DNA from: Armatimonadota bacterium
Lineage (GTDB): Bacteria; Vulcanimicrobiota; JACPDS01; JBDRKI01
Assembly (NCBI GenBank): GCA_043814095.1
Contig: JBDRKI010000046.1
Coordinates: 1 to 53,522 of the forward strand
Reading direction: 5' to 3'
DNA length: 53,522 bases
The notes beneath the pieces were generated by a model. That model made no database searches, had not been told where the DNA came from, and saw nothing but the letters and a program-made list of their open reading frames with translations. Shown piece by piece: positions 37,081 through 48,356 of the stretch (within the stretch, counting starts at the first letter, position 1; the number at the start of each line of letters is the position of its first letter). Made by a program: the position numbers and the translations under genes.

Positions 37081-37941
37081 CTACCTGCCTACTTTCTGGG
37101 CTTTTCTTAACATAAGCAGTTTTTTATATTCATCGGCAAAATCATCTATGGTTAAAACATTTTCGGATAAATTGATACCTTTTTTCCGCAGGGAACACGC
37201 AAGTTTCGCGCCAGTCGGCAGATCAAGAGATACTTCTTTAAGCTTTTCTTCGTTAGAAAATACTTCCTGGGGGGTACCGTCCATAAAGAGAGTCCCTTTA
37301 TTCATTACAATAACCCTGTCAGCAGAAGATGCCTCTTCCATAAAATGGGTTACAAGGATAATCGTAAGCCCTTCTTCCCTGTTCAGTTGCCTTATTTTAT
37401 ACATAACCTCCCTGCGTCCTTTAGGGTCAAGCATTGTTGTTGCTTCATCCAGAATTATATAATTTGAATGCATGGCAAGCACCGAAGCTATCGCCACTTT
37501 CTGCTTCTGACCTCCGGATAATAAATGCGGCGGGGATTTCCTGTATTTTTCCATACCCACCAGCCTTAATGACTCATCTACCCTTTTTAAGATCTGGTCT
37601 GACGGTACCTGCAGGTTCTCAGGCCCGAAAGCAACATCTTCCTCAACAATAGTGCCTACTATCTGGTTGTCCGGGTTCTGGAAGATCATGCCCACATTGC
37701 GCCTTAAGTCCCATATCCTGTCTTTATCTTTTGTGTTTATGCCTTCAATAAATACTTCCCCTTCCGAAGGCAGAAGAAGGGCGTTAAAATGCTTAACCAG
37801 AGTGGATTTGCCGGAACCGTTATGTCCTATAATTGCTATAAATTCGCCCATATTAATATTAAGGTTAATACCGCTAAGAGCATTTATCTCTTCGCCTGAA
37901 GCAAGTTTATATTTATAGTTTAAATTTGATGCTTTTATCAT
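37081..37941 (-). CDS. ecfA1: ECF transporter ATPase
   Basis: GHNGSGKST, FQNPDNQIVG, LSGGQKQ, LDEATTMLDP. Confidence 0.95.
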   Translation of the reverse strand: MIKASNLNYKYKLASGEEINALSGINLNINMGEFIAIIGHNGSGKSTLVKHFNALLLPSEGEVFIEGINTKDKDRIWDLRRNVGMIFQNPDNQIVGTIVEEDVAFGPENLQVPSDQILKRVDESLRLVGMEKYRKSPPHLLSGGQKQKVAIASVLAMHSNYIILDEATTMLDPKGRREVMYKIRQLNREEGLTIILVTHFMEEASSADRVIVMNKGTLFMDGTPQEVFSNEEKLKEVSLDLPTGAKLACSLRKKGINLSENVLTIDDFADEYKKLLMLRKAQKVGR

Positions 37942-37956
37942 AGTCTTATAAATAAT

Positions 37957-37984
37957 GTAGGGACAAGCTGCGGCCTGTCCCTAC
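37957..37984. other. GTAG-capped palindrome (REP-like or terminator hairpin) between rplQ and ecfA1
   Basis: GTAGGGACA-AGCTGCGGCC-TGTCCCTAC. Confidence 0.55.
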
Positions 37985-38032
37985 TTATTTATTATCCTTC
38001 TTTATTATTTTGTTTTAATCCCTTTGTATTTA

Positions 38033-38395
38033 TTATACAAATTCCACTATGGATACGGGGGCGTTATCGCCTTTTCTGAAGCCCAGCTTTATTATTCTTG
38101 TATAGCCGCTGTTTCTCTGTTTTTCGCCTTCTTTATACACAGGGGCTATGACATCAAATAATTCTTTTGCCGCGTCTCTGTCCGAAACAACTCTGAAGAC
38201 CTGTCTTTTGGCTGAGAGATCTCCTTTTTTAGCCAGACCTACCAGCTTATCAATAAGTTTTGAAATTTCCTTAGCGCGGGTCTGTGTTGTTTCAATTTTT
38301 CTGTGCTGGATTAGAGATGTAACCAGATTTTTTAACATCGATGATCTGTGCGACTTTCTTCTGCCCAGCGTTCTTCTTTTAACTTTATGTCTCAT
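38033..38395 (-). CDS. rplQ: 50S ribosomal protein L17
   Basis: MRHK...LGR..SHR, GYTRIIK; ATG at 38395 after GGAGG. Confidence 0.97.
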   Translation of the reverse strand: MRHKVKRRTLGRRKSHRSSMLKNLVTSLIQHRKIETTQTRAKEISKLIDKLVGLAKKGDLSAKRQVFRVVSDRDAAKELFDVIAPVYKEGEKQRNSGYTRIIKLGFRKGDNAPVSIVEFV

Positions 38396-38416
38396 AACAT
38401 CCTCCAAGCTAATTAG

Positions 38417-39364
38417 CTATATTTCTTCCTCGTCTTCTTCAATCTCAGCCGATCTTAACATAAGACCGTGTTCCTTATACTTTTCACGGATCTCTTCAAG
38501 CGACTTTAAGCCGAAATTTTTCATCTTCATGAAATCTTCTTCCTTCAGCTGGAAAAGTTCGCCGACAGTCTTAATGCCGGATCTCTTAAGACAGTTATAT
38601 GACCTTATTGAAAGATTAAGGCTCTCAACTGGTTTTCCCATTAACTGGCTTTCTTCCGTTTCTTTATCTTCTTCCGAAACTATTCTAAAATCTTTAATTA
38701 AGCCGAAATAATGTTCAACAATTTCTCCTGCTTTATTTAACGCTTCCTGGGGGGTTACCGAACCGTCGCTCCATAACTCAAGGATCAATCTGTCAAAATT
38801 GGTAAGGTGCCCTACCCTCGCGTCTTCAACAACATAATTTACTTTTGTAATGGGAGAAAATATGGAGTCTACGGGTATCAAGCCTATTACTTTTTCTTCA
38901 CCTTCCTGCTTCTCCGCGGGCACATAGCCTCTGCCGTGAGAAACTCTGAGCTCCATAACCAGCTTAGAATCTTTACCGGTAAGTGTGGCGATAACCAGAT
39001 CGGGATTTAATATCTCTACATCCGCATCGGGAGCTATATCGGAAACCTTAACTTCTTTTTTGCCTTTTGCCTCAAGACGGAGCGTCTTTGGAAATTCAGT
39101 ATGCAGTTTAAGCCTTACTTTCTTTAAGTTTAATATAATTTCCGTGGTATCTTCATAAACTCCGGGTATGGTTGAGAATTCATGAAGAATTCCTTCTATC
39201 TTTATATGGGTTATGGCAGCTCCTTCCAAAGATGAAAGAAGCACTCTTCTTAAAGAATTGCCGATTGTAGTGCCGTATCCCTTGGGCAGCGGTTCAATAA
39301 CAAACTTACCGTAATTTTCTTCTACTTTAGACGTTATATTAGGTCTGCCTATATCTGTTATCAT
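38417..39364 (-). CDS. rpoA: RNA polymerase alpha subunit
   Basis: EPL.KGYGTTIGNSLRRVLLSS, LSIRSYNCLKR, KNFG.KSL. Confidence 0.98.
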   Translation of the reverse strand: MITDIGRPNITSKVEENYGKFVIEPLPKGYGTTIGNSLRRVLLSSLEGAAITHIKIEGILHEFSTIPGVYEDTTEIILNLKKVRLKLHTEFPKTLRLEAKGKKEVKVSDIAPDADVEILNPDLVIATLTGKDSKLVMELRVSHGRGYVPAEKQEGEEKVIGLIPVDSIFSPITKVNYVVEDARVGHLTNFDRLILELWSDGSVTPQEALNKAGEIVEHYFGLIKDFRIVSEEDKETEESQLMGKPVESLNLSIRSYNCLKRSGIKTVGELFQLKEEDFMKMKNFGLKSLEEIREKYKEHGLMLRSAEIEEDEEEI

Positions 39365-39395
39365 ATTTCCTCCTTAATTTAATTCATGAAAACGG

Positions 39396-40022
39396 TTATT
39401 TGGAATAATATTCTACTATTAATTCTTCTTTAACCGATATATCAAGTTCTTCTCTTGAAGGTATGCCTTTTACAACTCCCTTATACTCTTCGGGATGGAT
39501 CTCCAGCCAGTTGTAAGGGCTTCTCTTTTTAGCTTCTTCAAAAGACTCCAGCATCTGGGGGATCTGTCTTGATTTTTCCCTTAAAACTATGACGTCCCCG
39601 GCTTTAGTCAGATATGACGGAACATCCACTTTCTTTCCGTTCACCGTAAAATGTCCGTGCGATACCAGCTGTCTTGCCTGGTTGCGGGAAGCCGCAAAAC
39701 CCAGTCTGTATATAATGTTATCCAGCCTGCTTTCCAGTATCTGCAGGAAAATCTCCCCTGTTACTCCTTTTCTGTGAGCGGCCTTGCGGAAATAGTTCCT
39801 GAACTGGGTCTCCCCTATGCTGTATATTCTTTTTAGTTTCTGTTTTTCACGCAGCTGTATGCCGTACTGGGAAGTTTTTTTCCTTAACTTTCCGTGCACG
39901 CCGGGAGCGTATAAGCGCCTGTCAAGCGCGCATTTCCCTGTATAGCATCTTGAGCCTTTTAAAAACATTTTTTTGCCTTCACGTCTGCATAATCTGCATG
40001 AAGCTTGTGTATATCTAGCCAT
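39396..40022 (-). CDS. rpsD: 30S ribosomal protein S4
   Basis: MARYT..CRLCRREG, LESRLDN, IVEYYSK. Confidence 0.98.
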   Translation of the reverse strand: MARYTQASCRLCRREGKKMFLKGSRCYTGKCALDRRLYAPGVHGKLRKKTSQYGIQLREKQKLKRIYSIGETQFRNYFRKAAHRKGVTGEIFLQILESRLDNIIYRLGFAASRNQARQLVSHGHFTVNGKKVDVPSYLTKAGDVIVLREKSRQIPQMLESFEEAKKRSPYNWLEIHPEEYKGVVKGIPSREELDISVKEELIVEYYSK

Positions 40023-40099
40023 CTATTGCCTCCCTAGTATTTATTATCTTAACAGCCCGCTTGTGCCAGCCATAGCGGACAGTGATAAAACAATTTATA

Positions 40100-40486
40100 T
40101 TATACCCTTCTTCTTTTAGGCGGCCTGCATCCGTTATGCGGTATGGGTGTCACGTCTTTAATTAAAGTAACGCTTAATCCCGCTGCCTGCAGTGATCTTA
40201 TAGCGGCTTCCCTGCCTGATCCGGGGCCTTTAACGTATACTTCCACGCTTTTCAAGCCCTGGTCAATAGCTTTCTTTGCCGCGGTCTCTGCCGCAATCTG
40301 CGCCGCAAAAGGGGTGCTCTTTCTTGAACCCTTAAAACCCATCATACCTGCTGAGGTCCATGCGATTGAATTACCCTGCATGTCCGTAATGGTAATAATG
40401 GTATTATTAAAGGTTGACTTAATATGAGCAACACCTTTAGATACCTTAAGCGCACCCGCTTTTTTAGAAGATTTTTTCTTAGCCAT
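40100..40486 (-). CDS. rpsK: 30S ribosomal protein S11
   Basis: [31 protein letters not shown]. Confidence 0.98.
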   Translation of the reverse strand: MAKKKSSKKAGALKVSKGVAHIKSTFNNTIITITDMQGNSIAWTSAGMMGFKGSRKSTPFAAQIAAETAAKKAIDQGLKSVEVYVKGPGSGREAAIRSLQAAGLSVTLIKDVTPIPHNGCRPPKRRRV

Positions 40487-40583
40487 AAATTCCTCCGTTA
40501 TCCCTCCCGGGATTAAGAAATAATATTTATTATATTACTTCATTATAAATAATGCTTTGTATTTTTAATTATATTAATACATT

Positions 40584-40967
40584 TTATTTAGCTGTCGGGG
40601 ATTTTTTCTTGCCCATAACAGTCTTTCTCGGACCCTTTCTGGTTCTTGCGTTTGTTTTTGTCCTCTGCCCTCTTACAGGAAGAGATCTTCTGTGTCTTAT
40701 GCCTCTGTAGCAGCCGATCTCAGCCAGCCTTTTAATATTCTGGACAATTTCCCTGCGCAGATCGCCTTCTACCTTATACTGCTTTTCTATGACTTCTCTT
40801 AAACGGGCGACTTCTTCAGCAGACAGATCTTTAACGCGCCTGCTCGGATCCACTTCCGCTTTCTCCATAATATCTCTGCTTATGTTTCTGCCTATACCGT
40901 ATATATAGGTTAAAGCGATATCCGTCCTTTTATCTTTCGGTAAATCAACTCCAGCTATTCTAGCCAT
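40584..40967 (-). CDS. rpsM: 30S ribosomal protein S13
   Basis: [27 protein letters not shown]. Confidence 0.98.
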   Translation of the reverse strand: MARIAGVDLPKDKRTDIALTYIYGIGRNISRDIMEKAEVDPSRRVKDLSAEEVARLREVIEKQYKVEGDLRREIVQNIKRLAEIGCYRGIRHRRSLPVRGQRTKTNARTRKGPRKTVMGKKKSPTAK

Positions 40968-40994
40968 AATTATCCTCCATAATTCCTTATTGTG

Positions 40995-41108
40995 TTAGCC
41001 CTGTACCTGTTTATGTTTGGGATTAGAACAAATTACCCTTACTTTGCCGAATCTTTTAATGATTTTGCATTTTTCACATCTTTTTTTAACTGATGCTCTT
41101 ACCTTCAT
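40995..41108 (-). CDS. rpmJ: 50S ribosomal protein L36 (not in the ORF track)
   Basis: Manual translation: [37 protein letters not shown]. Confidence 0.97.
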   Translation of the reverse strand: MKVRASVKKRCEKCKIIKRFGKVRVICSNPKHKQVQG

Positions 41109-41123
41109 GACACCCTCCAGTAT

Positions 41124-41342
41124 TTACTTATATCTGTATGTTATTCTGCCTCTTGTAAGATCATAAGGCGACAGCTCTATGCTGACCCTGTCCCCCGGCA
41201 GAATTCTTATAAAATTCATTCTTATTTTGCCTGACACATGCCCGAGAACAATATGGCCGTTCTCAAGCTCAACTTTAAACATCGCGTTAGGCAATGCTTC
41301 TTTTACTATTCCTTCAACTTCTATAGTTTCTTTTTTAGCCAT
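41124..41342 (-). CDS. infA: Translation initiation factor IF-1
   Basis: [28 protein letters not shown]. Confidence 0.98.
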   Translation of the reverse strand: MAKKETIEVEGIVKEALPNAMFKVELENGHIVLGHVSGKIRMNFIRILPGDRVSIELSPYDLTRGRITYRYK

Positions 41343-42093
41343 AAGACCTTCCAGTTAAGATACGGGGACCTTCTTTAGTTACCGCGACAGTATGCTCAAA
41401 ATGAGCCGACATACTCCTGTCTTTAGTAACTACCGTCCATCCGTCCTTTAAAATATCTATTTCATACCCCCCCAGATTTATCATCGGTTCTATCGCAAAA
41501 ACCATCCCTTCTTCCATGACCTGACCCAGTCCGGGCGCCCCGAAATTCGGGATTTGAGGATCTTCATGCATATTGCGTCCTATACCGTGGCCTACCAGAT
41601 CCCTTACCGGCGAATAACCGTGACTCTCAACATGCTCCTGCACCGCATTTCCGATATCACTCAATCTGGCGCCGATGACGCACTTCTCAATAGCCTTGCC
41701 AAGAGCTTCCCGCGTAACATCAACGAGTTTTTTATGCTCCTGCGGCACATCTCCCACAATAAATGTGTAAGCCGCATCGGAGTGAAAACCGTCAAGCAGA
41801 ACTCCTACATCTATGCCCACAATACTGCCCTTTTTTATAATTCTCTCAGGTGAAGGAATCCCATGAACAACCTCTTCGTTTATTGAGACCGTAATTGTTT
41901 TCGGGAATCCCCTGTAGCCTTTAAACGACGGTATAGCTCCGCTTTCTATTATAATTTTTTCGGCTATTATATCAAGTTCCTCGGTACTTATTCCTTCTTT
42001 TAATCTCTTCCCAATTTCTTCTATTACGCGAGCCGTTATCCGGCCGCTTGATGCTATCTTTTCTATTTCTCTTTTCGTCTTTAAAATTATCAT
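41335..42093 (-). CDS. map: Methionine aminopeptidase type I
   Basis: [28 protein letters not shown]. Confidence 0.97.
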   Translation of the reverse strand: MIILKTKREIEKIASSGRITARVIEEIGKRLKEGISTEELDIIAEKIIIESGAIPSFKGYRGFPKTITVSINEEVVHGIPSPERIIKKGSIVGIDVGVLLDGFHSDAAYTFIVGDVPQEHKKLVDVTREALGKAIEKCVIGARLSDIGNAVQEHVESHGYSPVRDLVGHGIGRNMHEDPQIPNFGAPGLGQVMEEGMVFAIEPMINLGGYEIDILKDGWTVVTKDRSMSAHFEHTVAVTKEGPRILTGRSYG

Positions 42094-42096
42094 CTG

Positions 42097-42762
42097 TTAA
42101 CAGGGGCTTATCCCTTCATATTTCTTAATAATCAAAACTATTTTGTTTGAGATGTTCTTAATATCCTCATCTCCTCTAACTTTAAAGAGTTTATCTTCCT
42201 TCCTGTAAAAATCCACCAGGGGTTCAGTCTGCTCTTTATATACCTTAATTCTATTTAATATAATATTTTTTTTGTCATCAGACCTATGCAAAAGGTCGCT
42301 ACCGCAGTTTGTGCATTTGCCTTCTACCTCAGGAGGATTGTTTATAAGGTGGTATACCGCATTGCATTCAGGGCATATGCGCCTGTTTGACAACCTTCTT
42401 AAAACCTCTTCCTCGTCTAGAACTATGTCTATGACAACCGTTATATCTTTACCGTGCACGCTTAAGGCTGTTTTTAAAAAATTAGCCTGGTTTATTGTCC
42501 TGGGATAACCGTCAAGTATAAATCCTCTGTCGCAGTCATTATCCAGGAGTCTGTGCTCCACCATTTTATTTGTAACACTGTCAGGCACAAGCAGGCCCTT
42601 ATCTATATAAGTTTTTGCTTCTTTGCCTAAAGAAGTCGCCTGGGCTATGTTTTCCCTGAATATATCCCCTGTGGAAATATGCGGTATACTCAATTCCTTC
42701 GCTACTATCTCAGCCTGTGTGCCTTTACCGGCACCCGGCGATCCCAACAGTATTATATTCAT
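42097..42762 (-). CDS. adk: Adenylate kinase (long zinc-type LID)
   Basis: GSPGAGKGTQ, HISTGD, LDGYPR, CPEC/CTNC. Confidence 0.97.
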   Translation of the reverse strand: MNIILLGSPGAGKGTQAEIVAKELSIPHISTGDIFRENIAQATSLGKEAKTYIDKGLLVPDSVTNKMVEHRLLDNDCDRGFILDGYPRTINQANFLKTALSVHGKDITVVIDIVLDEEEVLRRLSNRRICPECNAVYHLINNPPEVEGKCTNCGSDLLHRSDDKKNIILNRIKVYKEQTEPLVDFYRKEDKLFKVRGDEDIKNISNKIVLIIKKYEGISPC

Positions 42763-42778
42763 CAACAGCTCCCTTTTA

Positions 42779-44086
42779 TTACTTCATAAATCCCTGGTAA
42801 TGCCTCATGACAAGCCTTGCCTCTATCTGCTGCATGGTATCAAGGGCAACACCCACGATAATAAGCAGGGATGTGCTCCCCAGAACAAAACTCACTTTTG
42901 TCATCTGCATAATATATGTGGGCAGTACCGCAATAGCGCCTAAAAATATGGCCGCTATAAAGGTAACCCTGTATAATATTCTTTCAAGGTACTCTGAAGT
43001 AGGCCTTCCCGGTCTTATGCCGGGAATAAACCCGCCGTATTTTTTCATATTATCCGATATATCGGTTATATTAAATGTTATGAATGAGTAAAAATAGGTA
43101 AAAAATACCACAAGTAAAAAGTATGCAAGACTATACCATATACCGCTCGGGTTTAATAATATTGTAAATAATCCGGAAATTTTAGCCCATATAGTGCCCA
43201 ACGCGGGCTTCGGCAGGTAATTAAGCAGTGTTGAGGGCAGCATAAGTATTGATATTGCGAATATAATTGATATAACGCCGGCATTGTTTACCCTTATGGG
43301 TATATATGTGGACTGTCCGCCGAACATTCTTCTGCCTACAACCCTTTTCGCGTACTGTACGGGAACACGCCTCTGTCCCTGGTTAAGTATGATAATAGCC
43401 ATAATAAGGCCTATGGTGATCAAAATGAAAAGTATTATATTTACAAAGAACAAGGCGCCTTCTACTCTGGCCTGCTGGAAAGTTCTGACAACATAATCCG
43501 GAAATCTTAAAACAATGCCCGCGAATATTATCATGGAAACGCCGTTGCCGATTCCTTTATCGGTAATCTGCTCGCCGAGCCACATTAAAAATGCTGTGCC
43601 TGCGGTTAAGGCAACTATAATTGTTAAGTAATAAAATATTCCTTTTATAAGGAATATGCTCTCCCCTGAAGGCCCTCTGTATCTTGAAAGGCTCAATGTC
43701 ATCATCGTGGCTTGAAGAAGAGCAAGCCCTACAGTAAGAAATCTTATATACTGGGAGACTTTCTGCCTTCCTTCTTCCCCGCCTTCTTTCTGCAGTTCCT
43801 GCAGTTTAGGTATAACAACCGTTAAAAGCTGCATAATAATTGAAGCGTTAATGTAAGGCGTGATACCCATTGCAATAATTGAAAAATTATCAAGAGCGCC
43901 GCCCGTGAACATTCCCAGAAACTGGAAAAGCGCCCCTTTGCTAAGAAGCTCCTGCCACACGGTAAGGTTAATGCCCGGCATGCTTATATTAACGCCCAGC
44001 ACAAATACAAAGAGGCCGAAGAACACAAAAAGTATCCTCTGCCTGAGGTCTTGAATTTTCATTGAACCAGCTAAAGAAGACAGCAA
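42779..44086 (-). CDS. secY: Preprotein translocase SecY (TTG start)
   Basis: GITPYINASII, WLGEQIT.KGIGNG, FIPGIRPG, GSTSLLI.VGV. Confidence 0.97.
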   Translation of the reverse strand: MLSSLAGSMKIQDLRQRILFVFFGLFVFVLGVNISMPGINLTVWQELLSKGALFQFLGMFTGGALDNFSIIAMGITPYINASIIMQLLTVVIPKLQELQKEGGEEGRQKVSQYIRFLTVGLALLQATMMTLSLSRYRGPSGESIFLIKGIFYYLTIIVALTAGTAFLMWLGEQITDKGIGNGVSMIIFAGIVLRFPDYVVRTFQQARVEGALFFVNIILFILITIGLIMAIIILNQGQRRVPVQYAKRVVGRRMFGGQSTYIPIRVNNAGVISIIFAISILMLPSTLLNYLPKPALGTIWAKISGLFTILLNPSGIWYSLAYFLLVVFFTYFYSFITFNITDISDNMKKYGGFIPGIRPGRPTSEYLERILYRVTFIAAIFLGAIAVLPTYIMQMTKVSFVLGSTSLLIIVGVALDTMQQIEARLVMRHYQGFMK

Positions 44087-44527
44087 TTAAATCACCTCTA
44101 CCTTTCCACCAGCTTTTTCTATCATTTCCTTCGCGCTTTTCGTGAATTTATGCATTTTTACGGTTAAAGGTATCTCTATTTTTCCGCCGCCAAGCACTTT
44201 AACAGGCATATTCAAATTCTTTATGATGCCTCTGTTAACCAGATCTTCCGGAGATACTGTGGAATCCTTATCAAATTTTGATAAAGCATCCACGTTAACT
44301 TCCGTATACCTTATCTTATACTTATTTTTAAATCCTTTAAATTTAGGAAGTCTTCTGTACCACGGAGTCTGGCCGCCTTCAAATCCCGGAGGCTTGCCGC
44401 CGCCTGAGCGCGCATTCTGGCCTTTACTGCCGCGTCCGGAAGTCTTGCCGTGACACCCGTGACCTCTTCCGACTCTTTTTTTACTCTTTTTTGAACCCGG
44501 AGCAGGTTTCAAATCTGTTAATTTCAT
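44087..44527 (-). CDS. rplO: 50S ribosomal protein L15
   Basis: RVGRG.G..GKTSGRG.KGQ.AR, FEGGQTP. Confidence 0.98.
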   Translation of the reverse strand: MKLTDLKPAPGSKKSKKRVGRGHGCHGKTSGRGSKGQNARSGGGKPPGFEGGQTPWYRRLPKFKGFKNKYKIRYTEVNVDALSKFDKDSTVSPEDLVNRGIIKNLNMPVKVLGGGKIEIPLTVKMHKFTKSAKEMIEKAGGKVEVI

Positions 44528-44555
44528 AAAAACCCTCCAAAAAACTTAAATTAAT

Positions 44556-45095
44556 CTATTTTTTTAATATTTCCTGAACTTTCTTATCTCTTACCTGAGC
44601 TACCTGCTCAGCAGTTCTTAATGATTTTAAACCTTTTATTGTCGCGTATACTATATTAATGGCGTTCGGAGAACCGAGAGACTTTGTTAAAATGTCTTTT
44701 ATGCCGGCAAGCTCAACAACAGCCCTTACGGGTCCGCCGGCTATAATACCGGTACCGGGAGCAGCGGGCTTTAACATAACGCGGGCCGCGCCGTGTTTAA
44801 TTATAATTTCATGCGGCACTGTTGTCCCGACCATAGGAATTTCAACCAGGTTTTTCTTCGCGGTTTCAACGCCTTTTCTGATGGCGTTGGGAACCTCGCC
44901 CGCTTTACCTAAGCCTACTCCTACTTTGCCGTTATAGTTTCCTACTACCACTAAAGCGCTGAAGGAGAACCTTTTTCCTCCCTTTACCACTTTAGCGACC
45001 CTATTTACCTTTACTACCTGTTCGGTATATTCAGGCTGTTCCTGTTCCCTGTTATCCCTGTTGCCTCTATAGTTTCTGTTCATCTGATCAACCAT
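44556..45095 (-). CDS. rpsE: 30S ribosomal protein S5
   Basis: [26 protein letters not shown]. Confidence 0.98.
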   Translation of the reverse strand: MVDQMNRNYRGNRDNREQEQPEYTEQVVKVNRVAKVVKGGKRFSFSALVVVGNYNGKVGVGLGKAGEVPNAIRKGVETAKKNLVEIPMVGTTVPHEIIIKHGAARVMLKPAAPGTGIIAGGPVRAVVELAGIKDILTKSLGSPNAINIVYATIKGLKSLRTAEQVAQVRDKKVQEILKK

Positions 45096-45131
45096 GATTC
45101 CTCCATTTCACCATACCTTTAATTAAAAAGT

Positions 45132-45491
45132 TTAAAATTTTAATCCTACTTCTCTTGCGCTGTCGGCAAAAGATTTTATAATACCGTGATACCTGTATCC
45201 AGCTCTGTCAAAAACAACTTCTTTAATGCCGGCGTCATTTGCTCTTTTGGCAATGATCTTTCCCAGTTCCTTGGCCTGGTCTGTCTTTGTGCCTTCGGCT
45301 TTAAAATCTTTCTCTCCTGTAGTGGCACAAAGCAATGTTTTCCCGCCTAAATCATCTATAAGCTGGGCATACAGATATTTATTGCTTTTAAATACAGCCA
45401 GACGGGGTTTTGTTTCCAAACCGAACATTTTTTTTCTTATCCTGGTTTTTCTTTTGCAACGCAGTGAGTTTTTTGATTCTTTATTTATCAT
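45132..45491 (-). CDS. rplR: 50S ribosomal protein L18
   Basis: PRLAVFKSNK, VVFDRAGYRYHG. Confidence 0.97.
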   Translation of the reverse strand: MINKESKNSLRCKRKTRIRKKMFGLETKPRLAVFKSNKYLYAQLIDDLGGKTLLCATTGEKDFKAEGTKTDQAKELGKIIAKRANDAGIKEVVFDRAGYRYHGIIKSFADSAREVGLKF

Positions 45492-45513
45492 GATTTATAT
45501 CCTCCTATAATCC

Positions 45514-46065
45514 TTATGCCGCGCCTGCCGCTTTAACCATTTTTCCGGCTTTCTTTCTTATGACTTCGTCTTCATATTTCACGCCTTTGCCTTTATAGGG
45601 TTCAGGTTTTCTTAATGCTCTTATATTTGCGGCAATCTGACCCACTAATTCTTTATCTATTCCTTTTACGGCTATTTTATTGTTGCCTTCAACTTCAAAT
45701 TCAATCCCTTTTACCTCGTCAACGATAATAGGATGCGAGTAGCCAAGATTTATCTGCAGCTGTTTGCCCTGTTTGGCCGCTTTATAGCCCACGCCTACGA
45801 TAACGAGATTTTTCTGGAATCCCTCCGAGACGCCTCTTACCATATTATAGATTAAAGTTCTGGATAATCCGTGAAGAGAATGAGTTGTCTTATCCTCATT
45901 TGTTCTTTCCACAACCACGGCGCCTTCAGAGAGCGAAAGCTTGATTTTAGGGCTGATTTCTCTTTGTAATTCGCCTTTCGGGCCTTTTACTTTAACAAGA
46001 GTGCCCTGGATATCAACAGTGACTCCCTGGGGAACCTCTATCGGCAACTTGCCTATTCTTGACAT
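45514..46065 (-). CDS. rplF: 50S ribosomal protein L6
   Basis: [15 protein letters not shown]. Confidence 0.98.
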   Translation of the reverse strand: MSRIGKLPIEVPQGVTVDIQGTLVKVKGPKGELQREISPKIKLSLSEGAVVVERTNEDKTTHSLHGLSRTLIYNMVRGVSEGFQKNLVIVGVGYKAAKQGKQLQINLGYSHPIIVDEVKGIEFEVEGNNKIAVKGIDKELVGQIAANIRALRKPEPYKGKGVKYEDEVIRKKAGKMVKAAGAA

Positions 46066-46106
46066 AACTTACCTCCATATTGTTAGCTAAATACAACTTG
46101 TGCTTT

Positions 46107-46505
46107 TTACCATGCGTAACAAAGAACTTCACCGCCCAGATTCTGGCTCTTGGCATCTCTGCCTGTCATGACGCCTTTAGAAGTTGACATAACGACAACC
46201 CCGAGCCCGCCGAATATTCTGGGTATTTCTTTGTTATTCACATAGACTCTTAAACCGGGTCTGCTTATTCTTTTTACGCCTACCAGAGCCTTTTCTCTGT
46301 TCTTTTTATACTTTAACTGGACTCTTAAGGTATTCTGCTTGCCGGATTGAATAACCTGATATCCTTTTATAAATCCTTCTTCGCTTAAAATTCTTAAAAC
46401 ATCTTCTTTGATTCTAGAAGACGGTATATCCACTGTCTCGTAATAAGCTGAATTCGCGTTTCTTATCCTTGTTAATAAATCGGCAATCGGATCTGTAACT
46501 GGCAT
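46107..46505 (-). CDS. rpsH: 30S ribosomal protein S8
   Basis: DPIADLLTRIRNA, SRPGLRVY, GGEV. Confidence 0.98.
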   Translation of the reverse strand: MPVTDPIADLLTRIRNANSAYYETVDIPSSRIKEDVLRILSEEGFIKGYQVIQSGKQNTLRVQLKYKKNREKALVGVKRISRPGLRVYVNNKEIPRIFGGLGVVVMSTSKGVMTGRDAKSQNLGGEVLCYAW

Positions 46506-46564
46506 AATTTACCTCCTAATTTAATTCATGCTCCGCGCATTATTATCATTATTATTATATAGTA

Positions 46565-46750
46565 CTACCAACTTGATTTTGTAAGTCCGGGTATAAAACC
46601 CTTATGAGCCAGGGTTCTTAAACATATTCTGCATATGCCGAAGTGCCTGTAATAAGCTCTGGATCTCCCGCATAAACTGCATCTGTTTTTCTGCCTTGTT
46701 TTGTATTTCGGTTTTTTCTTAGTTTTAGCTACCCAAGCTGTAGTTGCCAT
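46565..46750 (-). CDS. rpsZ: 30S ribosomal protein S14, zinc-binding type Z
   Basis: 61 aa; RCSLCGR...CRIC.R, KSSW. Confidence 0.97.
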   Translation of the reverse strand: MATTAWVAKTKKKPKYKTRQKNRCSLCGRSRAYYRHFGICRICLRTLAHKGFIPGLTKSSW

Positions 46751-46760
46751 CTGGTTCCTC

Positions 46761-47300
46761 CTAATTGTTTCTAATCGGGCATCCCATTAATTTTAAAAAC
46801 GATTTTGCTTCGTCATCTGTCTTAGCCGTGGTTACAATTATGATATCCATGCCTCTGACTTTATCAACTTTATCATAATCTATCTCGGGAAATATAATCT
46901 GTTCTCTGAGCCCGAATGAATAATTGCCTTTTCCGTCAAAGCTTTTACCAGACAGGCCTCTGAAGTCCCTGATCCTGGGAAGCACTATGTTGAATAATTT
47001 ATCAAGAAATACATACATGTTTTTGCCGCGCAGGGTAACCTTGCATCCGATAGACATGCCCTTGCGGATCTTAAACGCCGCAATGGCTTTTTTGGCTTTA
47101 GTTATAACGGGAGCCTGGCCCGTTATGGTTTTAAGATCAGCAACGGCGTTATCTAACGCTTTCGGGTTTAATATCGCTTCCCCGACACCCATATTCACGA
47201 TTACTTTTTCCAGCCTGGGCGCCTGCATAACGCTTTTGTAATTGAACTTTTTGACCATTTCCGGTTTTACTTCTTTGGTATATTTTTCTTTTAACCTCAT
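46761..47300 (-). CDS. rplE: 50S ribosomal protein L5
   Basis: [22 protein letters not shown] at 47300. Confidence 0.98.
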   Translation of the reverse strand: MRLKEKYTKEVKPEMVKKFNYKSVMQAPRLEKVIVNMGVGEAILNPKALDNAVADLKTITGQAPVITKAKKAIAAFKIRKGMSIGCKVTLRGKNMYVFLDKLFNIVLPRIRDFRGLSGKSFDGKGNYSFGLREQIIFPEIDYDKVDKVRGMDIIIVTTAKTDDEAKSFLKLMGCPIRNN

Positions 47301-47331
47301 TATTATCACCTCTTATTAATCTTTTAAATTT

Positions 47332-47649
47332 TTAGGTGGTCTGACCGCATTTCTTGCAGGTTCTTTCTTTGCCCTCCGGCGCGACCTTAAAACCTGTTCT
47401 TGCGGGCTTATCACAGCTGCTGCATACAAGCATTAAATTGCTTACATGGATAGGCAGCGCTTTTTCTATAATACCGCCCTGGGGAATCTTGGGAGGTCTT
47501 GCTTTTGTATGTTTTTTGCCCATGTTTAAGCCTTCCACAAGAGCTGTTCCTTTATCGCGGAAAACTTTTAAAACTTTCCCTTTCTTTCCCTTGTCTTTTC
47601 CAGCCAGACATACTACCTTGTCATTTTTTTTGATCTTTATTTTACTCAT
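47332..47649 (-). CDS. rplX: 50S ribosomal protein L24
   Basis: GKDKGK.GKV, PIHVSN. Confidence 0.97.
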   Translation of the reverse strand: MSKIKIKKNDKVVCLAGKDKGKKGKVLKVFRDKGTALVEGLNMGKKHTKARPPKIPQGGIIEKALPIHVSNLMLVCSSCDKPARTGFKVAPEGKERTCKKCGQTT

Positions 47650-47686
47650 TTTACATCTCCCGGTATTTATTATATGTTAAATATTC

Positions 47687-48055
47687 TTATAATACTTCCA
47701 CTGCCAATGAAATTATTTTCATATACTGTTTTTCTCTTAATTCTCTCGCAACAGGCCCGAAAATTCTGGTACCCTTGGGATTACCCTGATCATCAATTAT
47801 AACCGCCGCGTTATCGTCAAACCTTACTATTGTTCCGTCGTTTCTTTTAATCTTTTTCGCGGTTCTGACAACAACAGCTCTTACTTTATCTCCTTTTTTT
47901 ATCGCGGCGGCGGGAATAGCCGCCTTTACGGAAGCTCTGACCACATCACCCACATGAGCATATTTATGTTTAAAGCCTTTCTCGACTCTAATTACCATAA
48001 TTTCTCTTGCACCTGAATTATCCGCTACAACCAACTTAGATTGCTGCTGTACCAT
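47687..48055 (-). CDS. rplN: 50S ribosomal protein L14
   Basis: [26 protein letters not shown]. Confidence 0.98.
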   Translation of the reverse strand: MVQQQSKLVVADNSGAREIMVIRVEKGFKHKYAHVGDVVRASVKAAIPAAAIKKGDKVRAVVVRTAKKIKRNDGTIVRFDDNAAVIIDDQGNPKGTRIFGPVARELREKQYMKIISLAVEVL

Positions 48056-48088
48056 ATTATCCTCCTAAGAATTTGCAAGTTTTCCAAA

Positions 48089-48346
48089 CTATTTGGCCTT
48101 TTCTAAAACTTCAATGACTCTCCATTTTTTTCTCTTGCTCAAAGGCCTTGTCTCCATAATCTTTACGGTATCACCTGCCTGGCACTCGTTCTTTTCGTCA
48201 TGAACCATAATTTTATTGATTCTTTTCATGACTTTTTTGTAAAAAGGATGTGAAAATTTCCTTTCAATACCGGCAATTACGGTTTTTTCCGAACTTGTTT
48301 TTAATACCTTGGCAACTTTGGTTTTTCTATTGTTCCTGGATGTCAT
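48089..48346 (-). CDS. rpsQ: 30S ribosomal protein S17
   Basis: HP.YKK, HDE.N, ETRPLSK.K.W. Confidence 0.97.
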   Translation of the reverse strand: MTSRNNRKTKVAKVLKTSSEKTVIAGIERKFSHPFYKKVMKRINKIMVHDEKNECQAGDTVKIMETRPLSKRKKWRVIEVLEKAK

Positions 48347-48356
48347 AATCTGCCTC

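Noticed and set aside
37957-37984. REP element family with a RAYT transposase
   Set aside because: Only one GTAG palindrome was seen in the window and no RAYT gene; kept only as a hairpin feature.
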